A DNA stretch of 64,000 bases from NCBI GenBank assembly GCA_002104905.1, contig MCFE01000212.1, forward strand, positions 63,293-127,292. The letters are read 5' to 3'. This document shows, piece by piece, positions 39,069 to 51,418 of the stretch (position 1 is the stretch's first letter; the number at the start of each line of letters is the position of its first letter). Origin of the DNA: Basidiobolus meristosporus CBS 931.73 (lineage: Eukaryota > Fungi > Basidiobolomycota). The notes below the pieces were generated by a model. The model did not search any database. It had not been told where the DNA came from and was given only the letters and a program-made list of their open reading frames with translations. The translations under genes and the position numbers were made by a program.

Positions 39069-39495
39069 CAATGCAGAAGTTAACATTGAGTAAATTTTTG
39101 TGTGTTGGTGTAGTTTGAGTGACTCTAGATGAGGTTATTTTGTGATCACAAGAGCAAATCAGCAACAAACTATGTGTATTTCTTATTGCTAGCACTGGCT
39201 TAGATGTAAGTCCAATTGTTAATGAACACACTAATAACAAAATAAGCATAAGCATTACCTTAACATATAATGTAATGTACTATTGGTAATTTAGCAGGAC
39301 AGAAGAGAGTACAGGCAGTGGCACATCACATGTGACTCTATTATTTAGGTTTGGTGAACTTTGTGTGACTGCTGCAAATATATCTTCAAAACATAATGTA
39401 ACATAGAGCTCAAGAGCTATATTTGGTCAGATGAAATTTAATGATGTATTTCTATGTCCATCTATGGATGCATATATTTTCCTTGGTTTGTTACA
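39069..39495 (+). repeat. CpG-decayed copy of the tRNA-Glu(CTC) flanks, circularly permuted
   Basis: 39069-39225 matches 52610-52766 and runs directly into 39224-39495 matching 52292-52540. Confidence 0.85.
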
Positions 39496-39639
39496 ATACT
39501 CACCACTAAGGGCTTTACACTCAAGTGCAAATTACGATCTAGACTCAGCTAAGCAATATAGTATTTATTAGCCAGCTCAAGGTACTGTCAGTACAGCTCT
39601 TGCCTAGATCCCAGAACATCCTTATTGACCCTTGAGAAC

Positions 39640-41600
39640 TCCTAATACCTTCCAAGACTTGAAAATAGCAAAACAGACATGTCTCACCCCAAATTTGAGT
39701 TGGTCAAAGATATGGAAGCATACATTGATCAGATGGAGGAGTAATTATTACAACTATCTATATCTAGCACAGAGCCAGTGAACAGACCAGTTGTAGGAAT
39801 GCATTGAAACTAGCAAAACCAAATACTTTTGATGGAACCAAGAAGGCAATGATATTTGTATCTTGGATCTTTGAGATGGAACAATATCTTGCTTTTCAAA
39901 CAAACCTGTAGTATTGAAAATCCAGTATGCAACCTCCTTTCTGTGAAAAGAATCAGCACTGTGGTGGAAACCCCATAACCAAGGAATTGGTTGTAGAATA
40001 CACCCAATTATTGTCATCTGGGACATATTCACCATGGGCTTACAAAAACAACTTATACCCTTCCACTTTGTACAGAATGCCTGTGATAAGTTGCACATAC
40101 TAAAGCACACAAAATCCACAACAGAGAACTACCAACAATTGAATCTGACAATGCTTAAGATTCCGGAAATGCCAGGTACTAAACAGAAAGAATACTACCT
40201 CCAAGGACTCTGGCCTCAAATGTGACAAGCAGTAAAATATCAGGACCCAAAACTCTCATCATTGCCATGACAATAGCAGAACAATATGACTCAATCTACT
40301 TTGAGCACTGCAATTACACTCCATGCCAGAAACCTTATACCCACCTCACCAAAAATATTAATAACCTCAGTAACTCATATGTAACTTTCAGAGTATCCAG
40401 TGTGGCCCCTATGAACCTTGATGTATCAACTTTGCAGTGTTGAAGCAATATTTCAAAAGAAGAATGCCCTCACAAAGGACTGTGATTTTATTGCAAAGAA
40501 CATAGACATCTGATAGACAACTGTCAAAAGCACCTGCCAAACTAAAACCTGTTACCACAAATACAAATACTAAGACACAAACTACACACCCACTAACAAT
40601 AGCAGACAATACCAGCCCATCTCTGACACCCAAATTGATGACATTAGATGAATTTATCTGCAGAAGCCTTGTGAGAGTATTGCTAGATAGTGGCACTGTA
40701 GATATATGCATAGCTGATGAATTGGTCACAAAATTCAACATTGAAAAGTACAGTACAAACCATTGAAAAATCAAAACAGCCAAAACTCTGTAACAACTGA
40801 ACCACCAAACTGTCCCTCAAAAGCTATCATTGGATAGTCTTGTATCTGAGATATTGCCAACAACCATCCCACAGGCTAAGCTTGATATCAACCTGGGACA
40901 AAGTTGGCACTTAAAGTACAATGCAGAAATTGATTGGTGTAGCCAGGAAGTCATGATCTACTAAGACAACCAACCCATCACATTAAGACCATTAACAACC
41001 CTGTTGTCCCTGTTGGTAAACCCCAGATACCAACTATTAAAGAAGCAGATTACAAAGGCATGTGAACAAGCCAGTCCAAAGCCTAGACATGGAGTTGTAC
41101 ATGAACAAACACATAGAATGCAAAAAAATGTCACCAAAGGAAGTGATGGAGATTTTCAACAGCACAGATATCTTAAAGGATGTGATGGTGAGCATGCACT
41201 ATGTGGGGAGGAGTATACTGGAAATGCCCATAGCTTAGGGCAGGCAAGGCAAATAATATGCTATGCACATTGCCCAAAGTAGGACTACAACAAGACAGAT
41301 TCCAAATACATACCAGCCTACACCTTATATGGTGCTTTGTGTATAGCACACTGGAATATGCTAAATGGGTGGGACCAACAAGAATCTCTTAAGAGGCCAA
41401 GATGGACCAGATTATCTTGCAACCAACATGTATTGCAATGGGAGTGAGCAGATTGGCACCATCACAATTACTCTGAAAAATATGCAACTTGCCATCAATG
41501 AGCCTACTATTGGCCTGGAGAAGAGCCAAATTCATGAGTAGGTACCCTTACACACTCAGAGACCATTTGAGTCATTGGATAAACAGACATGCTAAAGGGC
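39640..41600 (+). mobile_element. Decayed, internally deleted relative of the intact Gypsy element
   Basis: Remnants KPNTFDG..K...FVSWIFEMEQYL, PMNLDV, FYCKEH.H....C, QAKLDINLGQSW correspond to gag/protease of 56232-60581. Confidence 0.7.
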
Positions 41601-41679
41601 ACATATTGGTCCACACCACACTGAGTGATCTTGCAAGATCACTAATATGGCAAAGCAAAGGCAGGAAGAAACTGGCAGC

Positions 41680-42720
41680 CTTAAAATTAAGATGTACAAG
41701 AGGCATGGAGCAAACTACCAATTGGCAAAGTAGCTAGGTTGGATGGGAAAACAATAGAAATACTACAATTTCTGGACTGGGACAAGAAACTCAGTAAGAA
41801 ATTTGCCAAAACCATTTCAATACTAGTACAGAAAGCATTGGAATTAGGATATACACCCTCCAATTGTGGACCAGTATAATTTTTACCTCTATACAAGAGA
41901 AAAGGGGATAAAAAAAAATTTTAAACCACCATCTAATATTACTATTTAACATACTAAGAAAGCTATTTGAAAAAAGAGCTAAACTATGTACAGCAGACCA
42001 ATCTTGATCAATTAGACATTATGCAAGGAGGATTCCAAAAAAGGCAGGGTACACTAGATTGATTAGTAAGCTTCCAGTATAGTTTGCAACATTTCAACAT
42101 AAACAATGGAAATACACAAATAATACTACTGGACATTGTGGCAGCATTTGACCCCACAAACAGACAAATGTTATGGAAGATATGCCAAGGAAATGGACTT
42201 GCATTGTGCTGACCAGAGTAATGGCTAGCCTGTACAACCAATGTGATATCTGGATAATAGTAGACGGGAACTTAACTGAAGCAGTAGACAACCAGGTGGG
42301 TATACTGCAGGGATCACTACTGAGCCCCCTGCAATTTGGGAAATTTTGGATGCTTTACTGGAACACCTGAGGTGCTGAGAGGATGGCTTACAAATCCATC
42401 ACAACCTACATATCAATGCTAAACTATATGTGGACAATGTGATATGTATAGTGCAATGGGATAAGGCACAAGACTTCCTACACAAATGTGAATTGCATTC
42501 AGCACAGAATGTATACAAAAGGAAGCCAGAAAAATGTTTTGTATACAACAGGAAGATATAGGAGGTGAGGGGCTCACAATCAATAATACCCCAATACCAG
42601 TGGACAATAAGGCAGTGTACTATGGGGCATTCATAGATAAGCAAGGATTGATTGTAAGCAACAGATAAAGCTCAGGGCTACCAAGGCAAATAATATATTA
42701 CGCATACTATACAAAGTAAG
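41680..42720 (+). mobile_element. Decayed non-LTR (LINE) reverse transcriptase fragment
   Basis: KLPIGK...DG, ILPLYKRKGD, MQGGFQ, LLDIVAAFD, GILQGSLLSPL remnants. Confidence 0.75.
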
Positions 42721-42721
42721 A

Positions 42722-44075
42722 TTATGCAAAGGAGGTTTCATGTTGCATATTTTGTGGACAGTTTTGAGTTAGGTGGCCAATTTTTTTGTATCTGTTGCAG
42801 ATGGGAGGTGGATTTTTCCATCTGATGGTTATCATTATTTCCATAATGTGGGGGCATTGGGGTATGTTATGTAACATGTCAGTGCTTTGACTGATGTCCA
42901 GGATTGCCCTAGCAGTACCCATGGTGATTAGTGTATTGGGATAAACATGTTTTTTGATAGCACTGTAGTGGTATAGGGGTACTCCTGGGAGAAGCTACAC
43001 AACTCAAGGTATATGAGGTGTCTGATGTGTGCATTAACCTCTGGGTTTAAACTGCTGCTGTCTTTGTAAATATGTCACTATGATAAATGCTCCTGCTTCA
43101 CTAGCTTCCTAGTTGCTCCAAGTGTCTCCAAAGGCCTCTGTGTGTCTTGTGTACTCCCCTGAAAAGCTCCTTGATGACAAGTCCAGGATGTAACTGTACA
43201 AAGTAGGTGCAGTCATCACCTGCATATCAATAAGGGAGAAGTGTTACTGATAAAAGGGATGATTTACTGAGGAGAGGTTGACTTCCATTAAGTACTTCTC
43301 CTGATTGCCAAGTGACTACTAATGACAAGGTTCTAGAAGATTCCAGGCATCAGTGGAAATCTTGATGACATTGCTGAAAGCTAAAAATACTTTAAGAAGG
43401 TCCTAGAAGGCTCTAAAAGGCACAGCACATCCAACCAATTGGGGATCAGTAGTCTCAAACCTGTGTACCACAGAAATACCATATATGGGATTGTAATGGT
43501 AGGGATGGTAACAGAGAATTAGGCCATGTATCATGGGTACTGACCTAAGTACTTGCCTAATGTAGATACATATACCGATCACAAAACTGAATAACATTTG
43601 GGATAACTAATGTTAATAACTAATCAGGGTAAACATCATATGTGGACAATACTAATAATATGGGCAAAAGAAGAATGGGATAATACAGATAAGATAAAAT
43701 ATGGATAAATGCATCATAATTGCTGTATAGATAAGCTTATCTGTGGGAGTATGTTTACCCTACCACAGCATTAATTTCTCCATATGTGTGGAGGAAAGGT
43801 CTTAGGTGCTCAGTTGGTTGAGGTATGGACCAAAGTGAAAGATCTGATAAGTGCAAGATAAGCAGATGTTCATTTGTTTGGAATATTTGTTGGAAAGGAA
43901 TAATAACATTGGTCCATTCAAAAGTGTTGTTAGAAAGATTTTCCATAATATCAGGATCAGAGAAGGCAATAAGGCAACAAAATAGGCTGTGGTTGAGCTT
44001 GATTCCAGTAATTTGGTTTGGGATAGTTGCTGACATCCAATTGATAATCTCATTAGGTGATAAGTGGCTTAGCAA
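42722..44075 (-). mobile_element. Possible decayed retroelement ORF1/gag
   Basis: CNRYKKIGHLTQNC zinc-knuckle-like motif; L..FLHTYGEI RRM-like fragment; many stops. Confidence 0.3.
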
Positions 44076-44357
44076 AGTTGCATCAAGGCTTATGGAGTGT
44101 TCAGTGTTTGCTTATAAGATTGGTTCATAGCTAGCAATATCACTGGTCATTGTGGAACAAGGAAAAGGTGGCTTGTGATAATTGTGTGCAACAATTTGAG
44201 ATCAGACTGGATTGGGGGGTAGAGGTGAAGCAATTTGTTCATTTGCTGAACTGGTGGTGGACATTTATGTACTCTCATAGAAAGGCCATTGCCCATACCA
44301 CCAGGTATCATCAGACCCAGCCTTCAACTAAACCTATCATCCAAATAGCCAAAAAAA

Positions 44358-44429
44358 CTCTCAGACTGGGAATTGAACTCAGATCTCCTGTGTGACAGGC
44401 AGGGATACTTACCACTATACTTTCTGAGA
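44358..44429 (-). pseudogene. tRNA-Asp(GTC) pseudogene, CpG-decayed
   Basis: Copy of 47645-47716 plus about 95 bp of 3' trailer; CG dinucleotides changed to TG/CA, stems broken. Confidence 0.85.
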
Positions 44430-44803
44430 GGGGAATGACTGTTCACTCCTGTGCCTAGTCATTTAACTACATCTTTTATAGGCACTATCACACAGATTCA
44501 AGACAGGATGAAACTAGGGGGATGCCACCCACTAAATCAAAGACAGGAAGGTTTACAATCCAAAACAGAAGAGGTAACAGAACACATGCAATGCTCCAAA
44601 TGGAATATGTTTGACTCCATAAGACTGAATGGAACAGAGGCTAGAATAAATCCAAAACATATATTTGACAATCCAAAAAAGACAGTAAAATTCAGATGCC
44701 AAGCATCAGTACCAGGAGCCAGAAACAAAAGGGAAATATGCAACTGTACATATAGCAAAAACACAATAATGCCAATCCTTAAAAAGTACAAAAAAAGAAA
44801 ACA

Positions 44804-45889
44804 TTGTTGGATATTAAAAATAAAAAACAAAGTAACAACTGGGATCAAGAGGAAGAGACAGTCCAGGAAACAGAAGGAACAGGGACCATTTCAGAAGAGA
44901 CAGACCACAAGTATAGTGGACCAACACAGATACAAGGAAACAACAAGAATATAAACTATAGGGAACCGTGGGAGGCAAGAGGGAAGACAGAGGAAAGGGA
45001 GTTGATGGTAACTCTGACAAAACTAAGCTGGCAGGGAGAGAAGGAGGGAAACAGACTGATAGAAAATGGGGAAAAGGAGATAACCAACAGAGAGAGGATG
45101 GAAAAAGAGCAACCAGTACAACAGAAAAGTCCCATCTGGTACACAACCCTAGAATGGAATGTAGAAGGAGAAGGGGAAGAGCAAAGGAACGAGGTCACTA
45201 CCAAGGAAGGAACAAGGATGTGGGAAAGAATCAGGGAGATAGAAAAGCAAATGGGCAAGTTAGCAAAGGAACTAGAGGAGATAAAGAAAGGGATCAGTGA
45301 AGGAAACCCTATGAAGGGCGAAAATGATATAAAGAGGGGACACAGGAAGGATACAGAGGAATTCTCAACAAGAGCTGGAGAAGTTGAGACCACATCAATA
45401 TACGCCAAAACACTCAAAAAAACGTCATCAACAAATATAATAAGAAAGACACCAGCAACAAGCATCCACCAGAATGGAAATCTGGGCAATCAACAGAAAC
45501 TACAAAACAGGCTGCGAGAGCTCAAGAAGACAAACAAAACCTCTCCAACTCAAAATCTAAACATGGAATTGTGCATGAACAAACATATAGAATGTAAAAA
45601 AAAATCGTTAAAGGAGGTAATGGAAATTTTCAACAGTACGGGTATCACTAAAGACATGATCGTGAACATGCACTACGTTGGAAGGAGTATACTGGAAATA
45701 CTTATCCCCGTAGAACACATTCCGATAGTGGAAAAAACACTGGGGGAGGCGGATCTCAAGCTCAAGGACCCACCAAATCCTTGCATAACACAGGGAATGG
45801 GTGCAAGATTCCAACACATGAATTCAGAGGAAAAAAGAGAGTGTGCCAGGGAGCTGGCACGAAACAGAATCAAACGACAGATTTTCTAG
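44804..45889 (+). CDS. LINE ORF1-like protein (coiled-coil, charged)
   Basis: 361-aa purine-rich ORF directly upstream of the endonuclease. Confidence 0.6.
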   Translation: MLDIKNKKQSNNWDQEEETVQETEGTGTISEETDHKYSGPTQIQGNNKNINYREPWEARGKTEERELMVTLTKLSWQGEKEGNRLIENGEKEITNRERMEKEQPVQQKSPIWYTTLEWNVEGEGEEQRNEVTTKEGTRMWERIREIEKQMGKLAKELEEIKKGISEGNPMKGENDIKRGHRKDTEEFSTRAGEVETTSIYAKTLKKTSSTNIIRKTPATSIHQNGNLGNQQKLQNRLRELKKTNKTSPTQNLNMELCMNKHIECKKKSLKEVMEIFNSTGITKDMIVNMHYVGRSILEILIPVEHIPIVEKTLGEADLKLKDPPNPCITQGMGARFQHMNSEEKRECARELARNRIKRQIF

Positions 45890-46064
45890 GACAACGTAGC
45901 TGGTAGATGGTACTGGTGGTACGCAAAAACCTTAGGACTGGAAACGGGCAACCTTAAGAAATGCACAACAGAGAACCAAAGTAGACAACAAAACAAACAG
46001 GAGAATCGATTGAATCAAAGATTGTAAAATAGTTTTTGCCAATCTGAACGGGGCAAGAAATAAG

Positions 46065-46877
46065 ATGAGTGAAATTAACAATTTTTTGGACGTCCACAAT
46101 GTCGACCTAGTTATGGTAAATCAAACGTGGTTGGTTCATTGTCCTAGGAGCTATTTCCAGGACAGACTAATACTACACAAAACGGCAAAAACACCAAAAA
46201 AAGAAGGAGATGGGGGACGACCAAACGGCGGAATGATAATCCTCAGAAAGAGCATATTAAAACAACCAATCTGTCAAATGGAGTATGACCATCCGGATCG
46301 CGACGAAGTAATAGTGCAAGTGGGAGACACAACAATATCGTTTAATTACCTCAAACCCACAGATAACGAGGAATTACTGAAGGAACGATTCACACACAAC
46401 GGAAATAACAAAAACCCGAATATATGGTTGGGTGATTTCAATGCAAGACTAGGAGAACTTGTCAACGATAGCAGAAGTAACAAAAAGGGGACGGCACTTA
46501 GAAAAATAATGACACAATACACACTTAATAGAATACCACCGTCAAACGACAAACCAACATACACCTCAAAAACAGGACAAAGCACAATCGATATTGTGCT
46601 AGCGAACAGAACGGCTTCAAATAGAATAATACAATGCATAGTACTAGAGAACACGGCGTTTGGTATCTCCGACCACGCACCAATCCTAGTACACTTTAAA
46701 TACATTGGGGGAGAAGACGAGGGGACAAGCATAATCAGACCTAGATGGCGTCCATGGAAAATACCATTACCAAAAGCACCAAACAAAAAAAAACACAAAA
46801 CCGCAAGAGAAGGGGCCCACAACAGACAAAGAGAGAGAGAAAACAGGGGCACTGCAATATCTAAAAGCGTACACTGA
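46065..46877 (+). pseudogene. LINE ORF2 apurinic-type endonuclease domain, frameshifted downstream
   Basis: ANLNG just upstream, WLGDFNA, STIDIVL, SDHAPI. Confidence 0.88.
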
Positions 46878-47303
46878 TAAGGCGGAAGAAGGGATGGAAG
46901 ACTGGGAACTAGGGAACAAGGCCACAACGGAGAAGGAGAGGCTAATGGAAAAATCAGTTGATATGCTGGTAACAGGATTGCAAAGAGCAACTGAAGTGTT
47001 CGGCACAACCAAACCAAGAAAAACAAACTGGAAATGGTTCTGATCCAAACAACTAGAACATCTAAAGAATAGAAGAAGGGCAGCATATCGGAAGTGGAAA
47101 AGATGCAAGGAGAAAGAAGGCAAGATCCACTTATGGGAAGAGTTTGACGTTATGCAAAAACAATTCAGGATGGAATTGAACAAAGAGCGGAAGGCACGTT
47201 TCAGAGACTTCAGCAACCAAATAGCAAAAGCAAACAACTCAGATATGAGCCGTTTACTAAAAAGACTAGCTAAACTGATCCGACCTCCAATATGACTGTA
47301 CAT

Positions 47304-47376
47304 GGGCGTATGGCCAAATGGATAAGGCGCCTGACTACGGATCAGGAGATTCCAGGTTCGATCCCTGGTATGCTCG
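47304..47376 (+). tRNA. tRNA-Arg(ACG)
   Basis: Cloverleaf; CCTGA-CTACGGA-TCAGG. Confidence 0.95.
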
Positions 47377-47644
47377 TACAACAATTTTTTATGTTCCATG
47401 TTACTCGGAATACTAATACTCAAACTTACTTTTGTAAGTTTCATGGCATGATAAGCTCTAGACATGATGGCTGCAATCAGTGCATATCCTCTGCAATACA
47501 ATAGTTTATTTGATTATTCACTCGATAGCATTGTGATGTCTACTAGCTGTTATGTTCTTTCATAAAAAGGCCATTGCCCACACCATCACGTATCATCAAA
47601 CCCAACCTTCAATTAATCCCATCATCCAAATAGCCAAAAGAAAA

Positions 47645-47716
47645 CTCTCAGACCGGGAATTGAACCCGGGTCTCCCGCGTGACAGGCGGGGATACTTACC
47701 ACTATACTATCTGAGA
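47645..47716 (-). tRNA. tRNA-Asp(GTC)
   Basis: CCCGC-CTGTCAC-GCGGG. Confidence 0.95.
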
Positions 47717-48163
47717 AGATATCTATCAAGTGAAATATATAATTTATAACGCACACTATTTAATACTTGGTAAAGCATGTTAGGGAGGCTATCGGGCTGG
47801 CAAAAACAATTTGAACAATTAGCCTACCTATGAAAATACATTTTCCCCTCTCCCACCCATCTATGATGTGTGTCAATTTCCCCCAGCTGCACAGTGTATA
47901 TCTTCTGACTCAGTAAAAACATACACACGATATTTACTACACAATAAAATGGGTATATTGCTGCAACGTTGTTGGCCCTTGATTGTACATTGATTAGATT
48001 GAATTCAATAAAAATCACAATTTCTACTTTGAGCACTGATTGACAAATAAGCGCTAAAATGGATTTACTCATGAATAAAGTACCATACAAGTGACCATCC
48101 GACTTCCATTCAACACCCTGCCCCCTACTCCAACTAAATACTGCACACAGAAAAAGGTAAAAA

Positions 48164-48237
48164 TGCTCACAGCAGGGGTCGAACCTGCGACCTTGGCGTT
48201 ATTAGCACCACGCTCTAACCAACTGAGCTATGCGAGC
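48164..48237 (-). tRNA. tRNA-Ile(AAT)
   Basis: TGGTG-CTAATAA-CGCCA; T5 terminator downstream. Confidence 0.95.
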
Positions 48238-48242
48238 ATATA

Positions 48243-48324
48243 CGACAACAGCAGGATTTGAACCTGCGCGGGCAGAGCCCATATGATTTCTAGTCATACG
48301 CCTTAACCACTCGGCCATATTGTC
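48243..48324 (-). tRNA. tRNA-Ser(AGA)
   Basis: TATGA-CTAGAAA-TCATA; long variable arm. Confidence 0.95.
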
Positions 48325-48429
48325 TGATATATCAATCCTTCTCTCTTTAAATATATGACTAAACATTTAACATTATCTTGTTTAATAAAGTATGTTGAAG
48401 CTATTGTTTTCTAAAAATCGCAGAAAATT

Positions 48430-48501
48430 AGGTCTCGCCGAGAATCGAACTCGGATTACAGGATTCAAAGTCCTGGGTGCTAACCATTACACCACGAAAC
48501 C
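48430..48501 (-). tRNA. tRNA-Gln(TTG)
   Basis: CAGGA-CTTTGAA-TCCTG. Confidence 0.95.
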
Positions 48502-48626
48502 AGCAACTACCTGTTATAAGCTAATCTATATTATAGTACTTACTCACTCGTAATCTTGCATTAAATATTTATTTCTGTAGCCCGCCAATGAAGAATACAA
48601 TGAAGGGGCTGTGAACCAAAAAGGAT

Positions 48627-48709
48627 TGGTAACAGTGAGATTCGAACTCACGCCTCTTACGAGACCGCAACTTGAGTGCGGCGCCTTAGACCAACTCGGC
48701 CATGTTACC
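48627..48709 (-). tRNA. tRNA-Leu(CAA)
   Basis: CCGCA-CTCAAGT-TGCGG; long variable arm; no intron. Confidence 0.95.
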
Positions 48710-49010
48710 GTATATTACATCCATCTCATATTTTTCTTACGACTAGAAAGGTTCGCAAACCTAGAGTGTTCATGTCACTCGATACTAATTTTTTTGTGAT
48801 TAAAAGAACTTCCAAATTCGTCAATTTTCAGTGGTCGTTAATTATTGCCAAATAGCTTGTAACAAAAGGAAACACAAAGCTACCAACGATGCCAGATTGT
48901 GCTTGTATGAGAACACACGCTATCTAGTAATGCACTTTCAAAATGTGGTTCATTTGCACCTTGAATGCAAGTCTGTGGGCTGTACTGATCTGACAACCAC
49001 TAAAATAAAA

Positions 49011-49081
49011 TGCCATTGCTCGGAATCGAACCGAGGTCGACGCGGCCACAACGCGATGTACTGCCACTATACTACAATGGC
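49011..49081 (-). tRNA. tRNA-His(GTG)
   Basis: CGCG-TTGTGGC-CGCG. Confidence 0.93.
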
Positions 49082-49262
49082 GAATTCAGTATTTGACCCA
49101 TTACCTGACTTCATGTTATGTTCACTGATCATACCTTGCGACTAGCTACCCATCTGCATTGGTAGGGTTCAATGTGAAGATGGGTACATGATACAGTGAG
49201 CATTCTGAATGGAGTAAAGTCTTGTGGGAATATAGAATTTTGCTTGCTTTCTAACAATAACT

Positions 49263-49334
49263 TCCTCATTGGTCCAGTGGTTAGGATTTCTCGCTTTCAC
49301 CGAGACGGCCGGGGTTCGATTCCCCGATGGGGAA
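49263..49334 (+). tRNA. tRNA-Glu(TTC)
   Basis: TCTCG-CTTTCAC-CGAGA. Confidence 0.95.
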
Positions 49335-49534
49335 ATACTTTTGTCCTATGTTTTTATTAGTGGTTGGGATGATATGCAGGAAAGCCGCAAGCTCAAGGGC
49401 CCCGTGTAGAGAATACCAAAATGATCAAGGCCATCCTTACGTGAAGCATACACACAAAAAGTGATCGATCTTTTTTCATATATGGGGACTGGCCAAGGTC
49501 CTACTGATACAACACCCACCAAAACAAAAATCAG

Positions 49535-49606
49535 TGAGGAGTGCGTGATTTGAACACGCAACCTTTCGCTCTGGAGGCGAACGCGCTACCGTTGCGCCAA
49601 CCCCCC
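49535..49606 (-). tRNA. tRNA-Trp(CCA)
   Basis: TTCGC-CTCCAGA-GCGAA. Confidence 0.95.
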
Positions 49607-49750
49607 ACTTACATTTGTTACGTAGTTAACTACCTACATAAAACCCCATTTTACAACATGTACTCTCCCTCATAAGACTTGGTACTTCGTTGCAAATTTT
49701 AAAATTTTCTTGATGACCATATATAGCAAGTTGAGTTATCCATCAACGAA

Positions 49751-49824
49751 GTCTTCGTGGTGTAGTTGGTTATCACGTCTGTCTAACACACAGACGGTCC
49801 TCGGTTCGAATCCGAGCGAAGACA
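49751..49824 (+). tRNA. tRNA-Val(AAC)
   Basis: TCTGT-CTAACAC-ACAGA. Confidence 0.95.
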
Positions 49825-50041
49825 TCATTTTTCCCTCTGCTGCATAATCTTTTGCAAATACTTGCTCTTTGTGCCCTCCATGACACATCGCATTTACTCT
49901 ATATCACTACCTATGGAAGATACTATACTCACCCGCCCCGAATCTGTTCTTCCACCTGAACAAAGCAAAGGCCCCTCCTCTTCGCCGAAGCTCAAAGGTT
50001 TAGATGTCCAGCAGAGAGCAATAATACGGTATTCCCACACA

Positions 50042-50114
50042 GGGGGTCTAGCTCAGATGGTAGAGCGCTCGCTTAGCATGCGAGAGGCACTGGGATCGAT
50101 ACCCAGGTCCTCCA
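50042..50114 (+). tRNA. tRNA-Ala(AGC)
   Basis: CTCGC-TTAGCAT-GCGAG; G3:U70. Confidence 0.95.
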
Positions 50115-50335
50115 GTATCGATTATACGGTATTCGTTTTGCTTGGAATCTGTACTGCCAATACACCTTTGAAGAAGCAGCATGGAAGCGTACTGCAAACA
50201 GGTGTGATATCTATTTTAGATATTTCGCGTAAGAGCATCACTAGGACAAAGGCCTAAATGCTGCTTTCCTCTATTGTTCGGTGTGCATATTTCAATTCCA
50301 AAAGGTATATGGCTAAGAGGTGCAAAAAGTAAAAA

Positions 50336-50408
50336 CACCCAACGTGGGGGTCGAACCCACAACCTTGAGATTAAGAGTCTCACGCTCTACCGATTGAGCT
50401 AGCCGGGC
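50336..50408 (-). tRNA. tRNA-Lys(CTT)
   Basis: TGAGA-CTCTTAA-TCTCA. Confidence 0.95.
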
Positions 50409-50594
50409 ATGTTACACTTCAGTTACCGTGTGTTATGTTATAACATCGCAGATCCTGAGAAAGACAAAGTAGATGATCGAATACATCTCTAAAAAATGCA
50501 AGAGCCAGTATACTGCTATCACTACTGTCACTTGATAACTCGATGGGTTGCCTGTCTAATCCTATGATAACACGGATCAAAACTATCCTAAAAA

Positions 50595-50667
50595 TGCCGT
50601 CTCTGCGGATTGAACGCAGGACCTTCAGAACTTCAGTCTGACGCTCTCCCAACTGAGCTAAGACGGC
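50595..50667 (-). tRNA. tRNA-Phe(GAA)
   Basis: TCAGA-CTGAAGT-TCTGA; no intron. Confidence 0.95.
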
Positions 50668-51089
50668 TAGTTGCTCTTACCATAGGGTAAGGACTTATCT
50701 GTCTCAAGCCTAAAATACATTTGAAACACGGGACGCGTGTGTAATCGACAGACCATAATGTATACATTGCAATATCAACACCTTGCTAGCACCATTATAT
50801 CCAAGGCGCAAATCCTGTAACCTGAGGTTTACTCAAGCCGGTAGATCTGTCGAGTCACATTTGAGCAGATGAGCTTTCTAGCCGAAGCACAATAGAGTAG
50901 CAAAAACGGATTGCATTTAATATCTAGCAGATAGGATACATGACAACGCCAGCGCACTAGTTGATCTCAAACCCGTAGCCCGGATTTTTGATAAAGATGC
51001 TGGGAAAATTACCGAGCCCGGCTGCTTCCATTGTGTGAATAAACGAGCCAAATGGATAATAGAGTATTGGCCTACTTCCGAACAGAAAT

Positions 51090-51172
51090 GGAGAGATGGC
51101 CGAGTTGGTCTAAGGCGTCACGTTAAGGCCGTGATCTCTTCGGAGGCGTGGGTTCGAATCCCACTCTCTTCA
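51090..51172 (+). tRNA. tRNA-Leu(AAG)
   Basis: TCACG-TTAAGGC-CGTGA; long variable arm. Confidence 0.95.
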
Positions 51173-51345
51173 TTACTTTTTGCTCTCAACCAAATGGATA
51201 CCATTTTATAAACTTGCTTGTTGTATGTATGAGACCACTGGGAATTCACATAATCTCTCTAAAAAATCTTTTCATCGTAGTAACCAGCAATGAACCATGC
51301 CCAGAAAAGAATGTTACGCATAAACGATGCAATCGCAAAAAGATA

Positions 51346-51418
51346 TGCCTTCTGCCGGAATCGAACCAGCGACCTTCTGCTTACTAGGCAGACGCTCTGC
51401 CAACTGAGCCAAGGAGGC
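51346..51418 (-). tRNA. tRNA-Thr(AGT)
   Basis: TCTGC-CTAGTAA-GCAGA; one acceptor-stem mismatch. Confidence 0.92.

Larger units (their letters stand above)
44430..47275 (+). mobile_element. Non-LTR retrotransposon (LINE), 3'-truncated before RT
   Basis: ORF1 followed by APE endonuclease and linker; ends at the tRNA cassette junction; 5' boundary uncertain. Confidence 0.8.
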
